Source of the DNA: Octopus sinensis
Taxonomy: Eukaryota
Direction of reading: 5' to 3'
Assembly (NCBI RefSeq): GCF_006345805.1
Contig: NC_042997.1
Location: 110,546,001-110,610,000, forward strand
DNA length: 64,000 nucleotides
Below are positions 1 through 13,400 of the stretch, piece by piece; the first letter of the stretch is position 1, and each line of letters begins with the position of its first letter. Below the pieces are notes generated by a model. The model was given only the letters and a program-made list of their open reading frames with translations, ran no database searches and had not been told where the DNA came from. Both the position numbers and the translations under genes were made by a program.

Positions 1-198
1 ATGGTCGTAGTCTAATGACTGAAGCAAAATAAAATATGAAAAAATAATTGTACATCAGACTGGAGCCTGGTGCAGCCTCCTGGCTTCCCAGACCCCGGTC
101 GAACCATCCAACCCATGCCAGCATGGAAAACGGACGTTAAACGATGATGATGATGAATCGATGAAATGAGATAAAGGAATGTTCCAAGGATTATTTAC

Positions 199-284
199 CT
201 CACAACATCCATGGAACCGGCTCCAGCTTTGAAGAAGTCTGTTGTGTCTTCGATTTCTATATTTAATATAGCTTTCCAAATTTC
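199..284 (-). CDS. ALDH1L1: ALDH1L exon (86 nt) [28 protein letters not shown](R), ACP-like domain
   Basis: attttccag acceptor, AG|GTAAAT donor; carries the 4'-phosphopantetheine Ser motif. Confidence 0.95.
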
Positions 285-3200
285 CTGGAAAATAAAATTA
301 AAAAAATAAAATAAAAACAAATGTGTTTTCAGATAAAAAATGTTTAAAATGAATGCGTTTGGCAGGGTGGGGGTAAGAAAGAAGGCAAAAGAAAGAGGGT
401 TAGGGTGGGGTGGGGTATTTGGTGGTAGTGGTGATGGTAGTAGTGGTAGTAGCAATATCAGCAGCAGTAGTGGTGGTGGTGGTGGTGGTGGTGGTGGTGG
501 TAGAAAAGGTAGAGAGAGAATACTGTGTAAGTCTAAGCTAGAGGGTAGTAGTAGTAGGAGGAGGAGTAGGAGTAGAAGTGGTGGTGGTGGTGGTGGTGGT
601 AAATGAGAGAGCGAGAGAATCTGTATGCCAGAGGTTGTATTGTAGTGGTCACTGAATCTTTGTGGTGGTCATTATAGTAAGCAGAAGGGATAGAAGAGGA
701 GACGGCATAGTTTAGTGGTCCGGCGGTGTGGTTGCAGATCGGTGAGCGAGTCTTAGATGAGGTCATTGTAGCAACAATAAAAGAGTTAGAAAAAGAGAGA
801 AGAGACAGTGGTGCTATCTGTGGGCCAGAGGTTGGATTGTTTTGGTGAGTCTTTACTAATCCTCTGGATGATTCTGTTTTAGATACAGTCCAAAATGGTT
901 CGAGGAAATTTCACTGTAGGAAAGTTTTTGCCATAGGAAAATTCACCAGAAATTTCATCATCATCATCATCATCGTTTAACGTCTGCTTTCCATGCTAGC
1001 ATGGGTTGGACGATTTGACTGAGGGCTGGCAAACCAGATGGCTGTACCAGACTCCAATCTGATCTGGCAGAGTTTCTACAGCTGGATGCCCTTCCTAACG
1101 CCAACCACTCTGAGAGTGTAGTGGGTGCTTTTATGTGCCACCGGCATGGGGGACACTCAGGTGGTACTGGCAATGACCTCGCTCGAATCTTTTACACATG
1201 CCACCAGCACAGGTGCCAGTAAGGCGATGCTGGTAATGATCATGCTCTTTTACATGCCACCATAAAAGACACCATTTCACTGTAAGAAATTTCACCACTA
1301 GAAATTTTGCTGTCGGAAAATCTTTGCCTGCATCTGTAATGCTCTTCTTTATTGCAAGAAATATGGTGACAAGACCTTGAGTTGATCCTTTGTTGGATCA
1401 CATGGAGAAGTCTTCAAGAATGTTTACCGAATCTCTTAATTTTGAGAAAGGTGAGAGGGCAGTGGTGGTGGGGTATTTGTTACTTTACCTTGAGGTTTGA
1501 CTCCATAGAAACCTCTTCTGCTGTCAGTTCTAATTTCTCTGCTGAATCATCAACTTTACCATATTTGGAAGCTTTGATCATCTTGCCACTGGCCAGTTGC
1601 AGCTGGGAGACATTCACCTGGAAAAGAAGCAGGTTTTAGAAATGGTAGCAATGTCTGCAGAAGGGTCTACTAAAACGCTAGTTCTCAACTGGGGTCCATA
1701 TTACATTTTGTGGGATCCGTGCAAGCAAAATGGTAAATTGGGGATCTACAATTAATATTTTAAGGGTCGATAAAAAATTTTGATTTAGATGTATTTGTTG
1801 CAAGAAAACAAAAAAAAAAAAAAGGTTTCTTTCTGTAACGTTTTACGTAGTCCAACCTCTGCAAAGGAAATGTATGATCAACAAAATAGGAATTTTGAAA
1901 GAAGAATCTATAAAACAGCTAGCAGGGGCGAGGGGGGGGGCACTAAAATTAAATAGTAATCAATGGGGTCCTTAGAGAAAACAAATGGTTGAGAACCATT
2001 GGTCTATAGGAATAATATGAACAAATAAAAGAGAAAACATTCTGTTATGACAAGTGCGAAAATACGACTGACATGAAAACCAAATGTTGAGGTTGGTTCC
2101 AATATTCTTAGTGTAATAAACCAAGAAATATTAATTAACTAGCTGAGGTACCCGGTAATAAATTACCATTAATATGATGTCTGTTTATAGCCGTGAAACA
2201 TTTTTCATCAAATTTTGACATTTTTCAAAAATTTTAAATCTATATTTGACGAAAAAATAGCAGAGTCTGGTAGCGAACCCGTGTTGTCGTCATTTTTGTG
2301 CATGTGCGTAAAATGGTGAAATTTTATGCTTTGGGGCAGATTTTGTCAAACTGATGTCATGACAGCTGGTGCACAAAATGCCTAAATTTTCCTTAAGAAA
2401 TAAAATGGTCCTACTTAAGCAAAACCTGAAATGCTGGGGAATTAAAACAACAAATTGAAATAATAAGTTTTAGCAAATCAAAACAATTCGCATTGAAATG
2501 AAAAATTAGCAAATGCTAATGAGATTACCATTAATAAGCTGTCTGTTTATACCCATGAAACATTTTTCATCAAATTTCATCATTTTTCGTTAAATTGATG
2601 TCACGATGGCCAGTGTGAAAAATGCCAAAATTTTACGATTAATGAAAGATCGATGCTGATTAAATATCGATTTTTAAAAAATTCCAAGTGCATAAGTGAC
2701 CGCATGGGCATAAGCCCCACACACATGTCAAGTTTCATCAAAGTCTGTTAGATAGCCTTGGAGGATTTAAGGTAACAAATCCACAAACACACAAACTTGC
2801 CATTTATTATTACAGATTGTTACACAAGATGAAGAAAAAGACTAATTAGTTTAATAATAAATTCTGTTCGCAAATACCAAGAGGAATAAATTTGTAAATT
2901 GGTAAAGACCGAACAAATCTTAAATTTTGTTACAAATTTATCTCCAGGAATATTCCAAAATATAAACTTGCTTACCATTTTATTATCATTTCCGAAAAGA
3001 ATCATTCCATTTTTATGTACAATGGCTGGCTTGGAACATCCTTCAATGGCAACTTCAGTTCCTCGTGGCACTAACCGATTCCATAATTTTGAACCACTGA
3101 AAGTAACTTGCTGTAAATAAAGGGCATATATTTATATATACATGATCATTATATATATATATATATATATATATATAAGTTCAGCAAAATTTTGATTCAA

Positions 3201-3493
3201 ATGAATATGGTACTTAAGTTAAAGGCACCAGAATTTTGTATGGTATTATCCATATAAATCAAATGGGGTGATTATAATCAAAATAAGCAACAAGGATATC
3301 CAAGGTAGTGTAGTACAATTGTTTCATGCTACTTCATTTTATTAAACACTGTCCATTTAATTAAAAAATTTTATATGTGGCTGAAGATTGCTCGACATTT
3401 TAAAACTGATGTAATACTTACAGTGTTTAATAAAATGAAGTAGCATGAAACAATTGTACTACACTACCTTGGATATCCTTGTTGCTTATTTTG

Positions 3494-3541
<48 letters not shown>

Positions 3542-4170
3542 AAAGTAAACAGAAAATGGAGAAATATTGATCAACAACAATTGACTTACATCAATTATTA
3601 TTTTTTTAATTCAATACAAATAGATTGCATATGGGATGCAGTTTATTTGTATTGAATTAGAAAATAACAGTTGATGTAAGTCAATTGTTGCTGATCAATA
3701 TTTCTCCATTTTCTGTTTATTTTAAATCTGATTCCTGATAAACTCATGTTTATCTTTGTCTTTACCTGTAATCTATGAACATAATATGCTTGCATATGTA
3801 TGTCCAGGGTTAACATAGTTAATTATACCAGTAGCATAACAGATACTTTACTTTTATCCCTTAAACGGTTATTCCAACCTCTAACTCTACTAACCTTATA
3901 TATATATATATATAAATTTAAATAGAGGTTAAAATAGCCACCTTAAGGGATGGAAAATATCTAATGAATTACTGGTTTGTTACCTATTATTTTGTTGTGA
4001 ATAGTAATATTCCTAAAATAATAGGTTTAAGTATAAAACTTTGTTAAAAAAATATTCAAATTAAAATCCAGAAAATGGAGTAGCAGCAGTAATATAATTT
4101 ATTAACATGTTGAATTTTTGCAGTTAATAAATTATATTATCTCTATTTCTCCATTTTCTGGATTTTAATT

Positions 4171-4215
<45 letters not shown>

Positions 4216-4383
4216 TTTTTTTTTCTCTCCTTGTTTCTTTTCTGTGTATCTTTCTGTTGAAGAGCGTAGGCTCGAAACGTAAAAGACTTGTTTTATTTAT
4301 ATTCCTGAGCACCATACTAATACAATTGTTTGTTTGTATTCCACCTGCCTTCATCTTTTGTTTATTTTCATAAAGCTTCCCGT

Positions 4384-4414
<31 letters not shown>

Positions 4415-7400
4415 AGTGAAGAAAACATATTACATATACAACCTGCACACATGTAAAATGTGGTGTTAGGATTGTCCCGACATCTGTTCCATAGGCACAC
4501 CAGAATACTGTTGGAACATTCCAATAAAAACAGCAACCCCAATGTAAGCAAAACGGGCCAGACATTGTCTTACAGCACAGGGAACAAAAGTCATGCACCA
4601 TTGTAGAGATCAGCTGCTTAGCATCCAACCCACGACAGCCCTTTAAATACCAACCCACCTGAGACCACCATCCCTGATTCTATAATACAAATTTTCCATT
4701 TTAAAATGACCTATATCAAAACTTTTCATCAAAATTTTGCGTTAATTTATGTTCCAAACACTGGATTCTTAATGACAAACTTGTTTTACTGGATTATTTT
4801 TTAAAAATTAATTGAAAAAAGGAATCAGAGTAGTTCAACAGAAATATGGTAACAAAAGGGTTAAAGTGATCTAAATTAAAATGGTTCATCAAAGTTTCAT
4901 GTTAATTTAAATTCCAGACACTAACTCAATTATTTATAACAAAGTTTTTTTTTACTAAATTCTTTGTTATTTCAAATTTAATTGAAACAAAGCAGTGTAT
5001 TTTAACAGAAATATGGTAACAAAGGGGTTAAAGTGATCTAAATTAAAATTGCCAAAACAAATAATAATTCCATATTATCAACATTCCACCCAACAGTTAT
5101 CTTTTATCATTTACATTTTGTGTTTCTATATTTTAAATACCCTGACCTCTTTTAAACATTTCTATTGTAAAACAATTTCAAACTTCTGTTGTGTGTGGGT
5201 GGGTGGGTGGTAGGAGATGGAATTGTCACTTGTCCCAAATCAAATTCTGTGGAGTGCTTTGTCTGTCAAAGGCTCACGCCATTCATTAACCTTAGCTCTC
5301 ATTATCTATTCTCATCACATGATTATAATCAGTCTTTTGTTGCTTTATCTTCACAGAAGAGATTAACTAAATTCACTCCTAAGGTCACAAGATATTTTCA
5401 ACAGGTCCTTTGTCTTCCATTTCTCATTTTGTATTCACAGCAGACATTCTAATAAAACACAACAAATGCCACTTTTTAAAACATCCTGTTTTAAAAGCAG
5501 GTGAGTCACTGGAGTGCCAAACTAGTGGCAATGTGACCAATAGCTGTGACATTGGCTCAGTGTGCATAGCTGAAAAAGATAGCATGGATATTGATTGGTT
5601 AATTAGAGTCCTAGTTAATTAATTATAGCACTATTTTATGCCAAATATTGGACTCAATATGTGTAATGACAGCTAGTAAAAACAGTTGGTGATTTTAGCT
5701 AAAGGAGTCTCTATGTGATTGTTAACCAAAGCTGCAGGAAATAGCAACCAAATTTCCCTCAAATTACATCCTACTATCTTCAAAAAGAAAGGTTACATTA
5801 GATATATTGTGTCTGAAAAATCGACAACTATAAATGCGAATAACACCAGCAAAAGAATGAATGAGAAACACAGACACTGAACCACACACCAAAGGATAGA
5901 AATACATCACCAATATCAAGTTGTAACAGTTCTGGCCTGAAGAACACACACACACACACACACACACACAATAAGTTTCCATACAGTTATCTTCCATTTC
6001 TAATAAGTCAAACTTAGATACTTGTCCCTCTGCCATGTAGTGGGATTGAACTTAGAACTATGTGCTCGCAAAACACACTTCTTAACCAGTCACACCTGCA
6101 CCCATTTTACTTAAAACATGGAAAGCAAAGAGGCCAACCAAAGTTACATGTACTAGAAGACACAACAATATGACATTGAAGTCATCCAGGGGTGACCCTC
6201 TCACCTGCGTCATCTCTATAATCTAAGTTTTCTAGTTGTGGTACCTTTATGATCCAAGTCTTCCAGGGGTGACCCTGTGATCCAAGCCTTGTTGTGATGA
6301 CTTCTAGGACGGATGTTATTAGCGATCCCTCCCCGATGCCGTAAGTCTTCTAACAATCCCTCCCCGATGCCGTAAGTCTTCTAACGATCCCTCCCCGATG
6401 CCGTAAGTCTTCTAGCGATCCCTCCCCGATGCCGTAAGTCTTCTAGCGATCCCTCCCCGATGCTGTAAGTCTTCTAGCGATCCCTCCCCGATGCCGTAAG
6501 CCTTCTAGCAATCCCTCCCCGATGCCGTAAGCCTTCTAGCGATCCCTCCCCAATGCCGTAAGTCTTCTAGTGACAATCTCACAGCCTAATTCTTCCTGTG
6601 GACTTCTATGACCTCAATCTTCTACTGATGACCTTGTGACATAAGTCTCCGTGGGTGTGGGGGTCACCTAATATATATCATACATGTCAGAATTCACTCT
6701 CTCGTTAAGTTTTATAGACCTACCTGTCCATCAATCGTGGCCCAAGCTCCAGGAACTTTGTCGTTACCTCGAATATAATTATGGATAGCTTCTGCTGGTT
6801 GATCCCAGTTTATCTGAAATAGAAAGACAGCTGATTATTTCTTTTAAGCTAAAGACCAAATGTCCGTAATGTTTACTGGATTCCTTGTAATCAGTGAGAA
6901 TCCATCAGAGCGATTCGCACTCTAATTTCTTGGTAAAATAAAAGTGTTTATACTTGAATATATTAATTTCAAAGTTTGGCACAAGGCCAGCACTTTGAGG
7001 GGAGGGGGTAAGTTGAGTCCATCAACCGCAGTATTTGATTGGTATTTATTTTACCAACTCCAAAGGAACGAAAGGCAAAACTCAACCTCAATGGAATTTG
7101 AACTCAAAACATAAAGACATACAAAATGCCACAAAGCATTTTGCTTGGCATGCTAACAGTTCTGTCAGCTCTCCATCACAACAACAACAACAACAATAAT
7201 AATTAAGGTCAAGAATTTTATAAAATTTCAAGAGAAAATGAAATAATTCTTGTTTTTTTTTTTTTTGAAATGGTGAATCTCAATAATAGGATATAAATAT
7301 TTGGTTGAAGATAAAATCCCCTTCTGCTCTCCAAAAAATGATATTTAGAAAAGAAATTCTTACTTTAACAAGGGATTTTTTCAAAAGTGCTTCATAACTT

Positions 7401-10400
7401 GCTCCTTCTTCTGGCTGAATAATTTTAGGGGCCCGGTTTTCAGAAATGAGTTTCACAGCATAGTCCTAAGAAAATTTAGATGAAAAGAAATTTTAAAAAA
7501 CAAAAAAAAAAATATGAGATTTCAACAGAACAGACAGAAAAAAATAATGAAAGAGAAATCATCATCATCATCATTTAACGTCTGTTTTCCATGCTGGCAT
7601 GGGTTGGACGGTTCGATTGGGATCTGGGAAGCCAGGAGGCTGCACCAGGCTCCAGTCTGATCTGAGAAGGTTTCTACAGCTGGATGCTCTTCCTAATGCT
7701 AACCACTACAAGAGTGTAGTGGGTGCTTTTTACATGCCACCGGCACAGGGGCTAGAGTGGGCTGGCATTGACCACGATTGGATGGTGCTTTTTATGTGCC
7801 ACCAGCACGGGAGCCAGTCAAGGTGGTGCTGGCATTGGCCACGTTCGGATGGTGCCTTTTACGTGCCAGCAGCACAGGAGCCAGTCGGGGCAAGGGGGCT
7901 GGCATCAACCACATTCGGATGGTGCTTTTTACGTGCCACCAGCACGGGGACCACAACTACAATTTCCATTTGATTGTGATTTGATTTCATTTTAATTATA
8001 TAATTAACATTTAATTATATAATTAAATGTTAATTGATAAATAAGAGTAAACTGAGTCCTTGCTACACTGTTTTGTCTCCATTTTTTGAAGGTGAATTGA
8101 TTGAAAGGGGTGAGTAGAGAGAGAGAGAGAGAGAGTGTGAGGATAGAAAATGAACAAGGATGAGGGAGTGGTGAAAATAAGTGTATAATATGAGAAACAG
8201 AGCGGCTGGTCTGAGAGGGTGACAGAGGAGTGAGTTATGGAAGAGAGAATGATGACAGGGAGTAATAGAGAGAGGGGAAGTGATGGTATGGAGTAATGGG
8301 AGAGAGATAATGATGTCAGGGAGTAATGAAAGAATTGCAATGAAGATAGGAAGTAATGGAAGAGAGAGTGATAGGAGGAGTCTGTGGGGAAACGGACAGT
8401 GATGGTGGTTACACATTTTCTAGGAAGAGAGAGAGCAAGTGATGGATAGTGATAGAGATAGGGAATAGTAAGAAAGGATGATGGATAGCAATCACAAGGA
8501 ACCCAGGAGAGAGTGAGTAATGGCTAGCTGTACAGAAGAATAGTATGTCAGATGGAAACAGTGTATTTGTAAAAAGGAGAGAGATGAATGATAGGGAGAT
8601 GAGAGGTTATCAAAGAGACTGGGAGTGGAAGGAAATGGAGACCTCAAAAGAAAAAAAAATGTACTAAAACCCAGATGTAGAAATATTAAACAGTGCAGCC
8701 TCCATTGGTACCATCATTTTGATGCTTTTTTTATACTAAAATGCAAATACTAAAATGCAAAATTTTATACTAAAATGCAAATAGTGGCTTGAGTAAATTG
8801 CGTTGAACATTTTATACTAAAATGCAAGTAGTGGCTTGAGTAAATTGATTATCGTTTGAATGGAAACAAACTGAGATCAGGGATATTTCTTTGGTCTTGC
8901 TTAGGACATGACAACCACTCTAATACTGGAGTCATAAATGCTGGAGTCGGAATATTATTTGTAGTTGGTGGTTAGGAAGGACATCCAGCTGTAGAAATCA
9001 TTGAAAAGCAAACATTGGCACATGTTGAAGTCTGGACCCATCAAACCATCCAACCAATGCCAATGCACCAACATAAATGATGATGATGATGATGATGATG
9101 ATATAAGATTTTTGTCATATTTACCATGGCTTTAATTCCTTCCGGAAAGAGAAATCGGTTGTATAAAGTTTCCACTGTGTCATCAGGGGTGATGTAGGTA
9201 TGTCGCTGTAAGAGGATCGGTCCTGTGTCAAGCCCATCATCAGCCCAGAAGATTGTAAAACCAGTTTTTGTATCTCCTTCAATCAAAGACCTACAAAAGA
9301 AGAATTTAACAGCAAATAAGCTTTGATTTGAAGACACTTTAATGTGGTCAGACAACAGACTTTACAGGGCTCCTCAAAGTGGAATGGTACTGATCCCTGG
9401 ATATGCAAGAAGAATTTACATGGGCATAGGAGACAAAAAGAGGGTGACAAAAGCATTTGTAGAGGAGTTATTTTGTCCCCTATTTAATCTTTTTTGTCCC
9501 CTATTTAAACTTTTTATCTTTTGTTTCAATCATATCACTGTGACCATACTGAGGCACCACCTTGAAAGATCATAGGTGAATGAATTGACCCCAGGACCTT
9601 GTTTTGAACCTGGTATACATTCCGTCAGTCTCTCTTGCTAAACTGCTAAGTTACAGGAACATAAACAAACCAACTCTGTTTGTAAAGTGGTGGTGGAGAC
9701 AAACACAAAGACACATACATACACATGCATATATACAATAGGCTTCTTTCAGTTTCCATCTACCAAATTCACTCACAAGGCTTTGGTCAACCTGAGGCTA
9801 TAGTAGAAGACACTTGCCCAAGGTGTCATGCAGTGGGACTGAACCTGGAACCATGTGGTTGAGAAGCAAGCCCCTTATCACACAGCCATGTCTGCAGTGG
9901 TTGTTTTTATTGCCTGTGCGTGCATGCATGTAATATAGCATGTAGTTTACATCTAATGCACAAAATGTGTGTATATTTTATGGTAACGTAATGTGTGACA
10001 ATTTTTATTACACACAACTTAATAAACCCTTTACAAAACTGTTTAATGTTTACATCCTTTGACAATCACTGATGCCAATGGCTGTCCATAAAAGAAATTT
10101 GCTCCATTCTACAGTGTCAGCATTTAAGTTAATGATGACAAAAAATGATGCTGACAACATTTAAATTGATGATAATGAAGTTGAGATAGAGGACAATGTA
10201 ATCTTGACTGAAGATGCCAATTTCAGGGCTGACGATGACAAATTGGAGGTAGGACAAATCTGCAGGGGAACTACAGTATACAAGTCAGGACATTACCTAA
10301 TGCTAAATGTGCAGTGGCTGCCTTTATTACATATATGGAAATAACCATGAATTTTCACAATGTCTTCCAAATTATATACTTAAGATTGTGAAAGAAACCC

Positions 10401-13400
10401 TGTGTATGTGTATGTACTTCAACATTGTTCATCACATCACATCTAATATACAACAATATCCCAACGCATCTCACCCCCACCTATTACTGGGAATGATTAA
10501 ATGGCCTAAAATTAAACAAACCAGGTCATAAAAGACTAAGCAAAACCTCTCAGCTACTCAATGGAACATAGATTAACATAGCTGCAGCATTGTACAGATC
10601 AGGGGTTGGCAATAGATAGCCAATCTATTATTTCTTTATTGCCCACAAGGGGCTAAACATAGAGGGGACAAACAAAGACAGACAAACGGATCAAGTCGAT
10701 TATATCGACCCCAGTGTGTAACTGGTACTTATTTAATCAACCCTGAAAGGATGAAAGGCAAAGTTGATCTCGGCAGAATTTCGACTTTGCCTTTCATCCT
10801 TTCGGGGTCGATTAAATAAGTACCAGTTACACACTGGGGTCGATGTAATCGACTTTATCTATTGCCAATCGACTGTGGCTCATAAATGGGCCCCTGAAGT
10901 GTTCTGTGTTGGTCTCAGACTGTCTCTAAAAATGTTTCAAATTTGCCACAGTCCATTGGCAACAGATGGGCTATCTATGGCCAAGCCCTGATCTGTACAA
11001 TACTACAGCTATTTGCAGGGCTTAACTCTGTCTCATGACCTCTATTTGCAGTCAGCTGGATTGGACCTTTGACCGTTAAATAAAATATCTTTATTACAGT
11101 TACAATGGCATGCAAGTGATCAAGTGACTCCCTCATCCAGTGAAGACTGGCCAGCTGTAGCTTTCTCACAGGCTGCAAGAGTTAGTAAAATCTGTAACGC
11201 ATCAGTTTCCATAGTGTTCAGTAGATAAGAGAGAAAACAATACAAAACCAGCTCAGAACACCGCACCACATGGCAATATCACACCAAACACACATATGCA
11301 CACACACACACAGCCACATTTATCCATACATTCACACACACACACACAGCCATGCACACACAGAGCCCTACTCTACTCACACATCAACACACTGCCAGCT
11401 TTAATCAGGTCTTATCACAGACAAAAGCCATTTCTACCTGGAATAACCTTTACAACATTCTTTTGTGAAAACAAAACAACCCAGCACCATTCTTAAGACA
11501 AGAATCCAGTGAGAAGTTAATGGGGGAAGAGGGTCCCACAGTTTGAAGGGCCCAGTGTTAATCTATGTCTGCAGCTTGCTGCTAAGAACGAACAGAGACA
11601 CTCTGTTAATTATGATGATCCAATCAACGTGACAGCTCACTCTGTGAAATTAATGTACAAGTGGCTGAGCGCTCCACAGACATGTGTGCCCTTAATGTAG
11701 TTCTCATGGGGATTCAGCATGACACAGAATGTGACATGGCCGGCCCTTTTGAAATACAGGTAAAACTCATTTTTGCCAGCTGAGTGGAGTGGAGCAATGT
11801 GAAATAAAGTGTCTTGCTCAAGGACACACTACACCACCAGGAATTGAACTCGTGGCCTTATAATCATGAGTCAAATACCCTAACACACTAAGCCATGCAC
11901 CTTCATAAATAAAATCCTGAGTAAATGCTAAGTCTCACAATCTCAGACAATCCTTCGCGGTGAACCCCTACTCTGCCCCCCCCCCCCACACACACACACG
12001 CACATATCTCCGCTATTGCAAGACACCTATTCCCATCCTGCAATCAAATTCCCATCCGAGTTCGACTTTGCTTTTCATTCTTTCGGGGTTGATAAATCAA
12101 GTACCAGTTGAATACTAGGATCCATCTAATCGACAGGCCGCCCCACTCTCCCCAAAAATTTCGGGCTTTGTGCCTAGAATAGAAAAGAATATTTTAACCT
12201 CTCAACGCCTGGCACAAAGTCGACTCCTCGTCTTTACTACAGTCCCACTCAGTTAAAGTGTCTTGGTCAGGCAAGTTACTTGGCAACGTCACCAGTGCCG
12301 GTGGCGGCACAAATAAGCACCCAGTGCACTCTGTGGTATGGTTGACATTTAGGAAGAACACTCGGCCAGAGGAACCATGCCAAAGTAGACAGTGTAGCTT
12401 GGCCCAGTCTTCTGGCTCACCAAGTTCAAATTCCGCCGAGGTCGACCATTAATGTCAAGTTTGAATACTTTCGGCGTGCGGGAAATCACACGAAAAGGTC
12501 CTTTATAAGGAGAAATAAGAGGTCATTTGACAGAATCATCACGAACAAAAACATGTGTCCAAGAATCAAGATCTGATGGCACATTAGAAGGAGAATTTTG
12601 GTGTTGGGGACCCATAGGAGGAAGGGCAGAAAAATATCTGCGTAGTCAAGCAACATAAGACTCTAAATTAAGAGACTGTGACTTGTCTGGCACCAACATC
12701 GTACCAGGCAATGCCAGTGTGGTACCATACAAGAACTCAGCAGAAGAAAAACCAAGGTCTGCTTTAATCGCAGTCCGACATCCAAGCAGGACGATAGGAA
12801 GAAATTCAGTCCACGACTGGATTCGGCGAGGCACGCAACGCGGCCTTAAGTTGCCTGTGGAAACGCTCCACCATCCCATTTGAAGCGGGATGGTAACTAG
12901 TGGTGCGTACATGATGCATCCCCAGGATTCGTGATAACTCACAAAATAAAACAGCTTCGAATTGTCGACCACGATCTGTGGTTACACTGGACGGTACACC
13001 GAACCTAAAAATCCAGTTAGACATGAAAACTTTCGCAACAGTTTCAGCAGAAATGTCTGCTATAGGAATAGCTTTCGGCCAACGTGAGAAACGATCGATA
13101 CAAGTTAAAATATATGAGAAACCGCAACTGACAGGCCATGGTCCAACCAAATCAAGGTGGACATGGCGAAAACAGGCCTCAGGAGAAGAAAACTGTCCAA
13201 GTGGAGCACGAACGTGTCTATGGACTTTAGCACTCTGGCACCTCAAACAAGAGCATGCCCAAGAGGTAATTGATCGTCGCATATTGGGCCAGAAGAACCG
13301 AGCAGTAACAAGCTTTACTGTGGCAGAGATACCCGGATGTGACAATGAATGAAGAACATCAAAAACAGAACATTGATGTTTCTCAGGTACTAACGGCCTG

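Noticed and set aside
340-606. Gly/Ser-rich 88-aa ORF
   Set aside because: (GGT)n/(AGT)n low-complexity intron sequence, antisense to ALDH1L.
6324-6571. 31-bp repeat array resembling a CRISPR repeat length
   Set aside because: Units are directly adjacent with no unique spacers; eukaryotic intron; no cas genes.
7599-7995. 124-aa and overlapping ORFs
   Set aside because: They lie within a multicopy SINE-like repeat.
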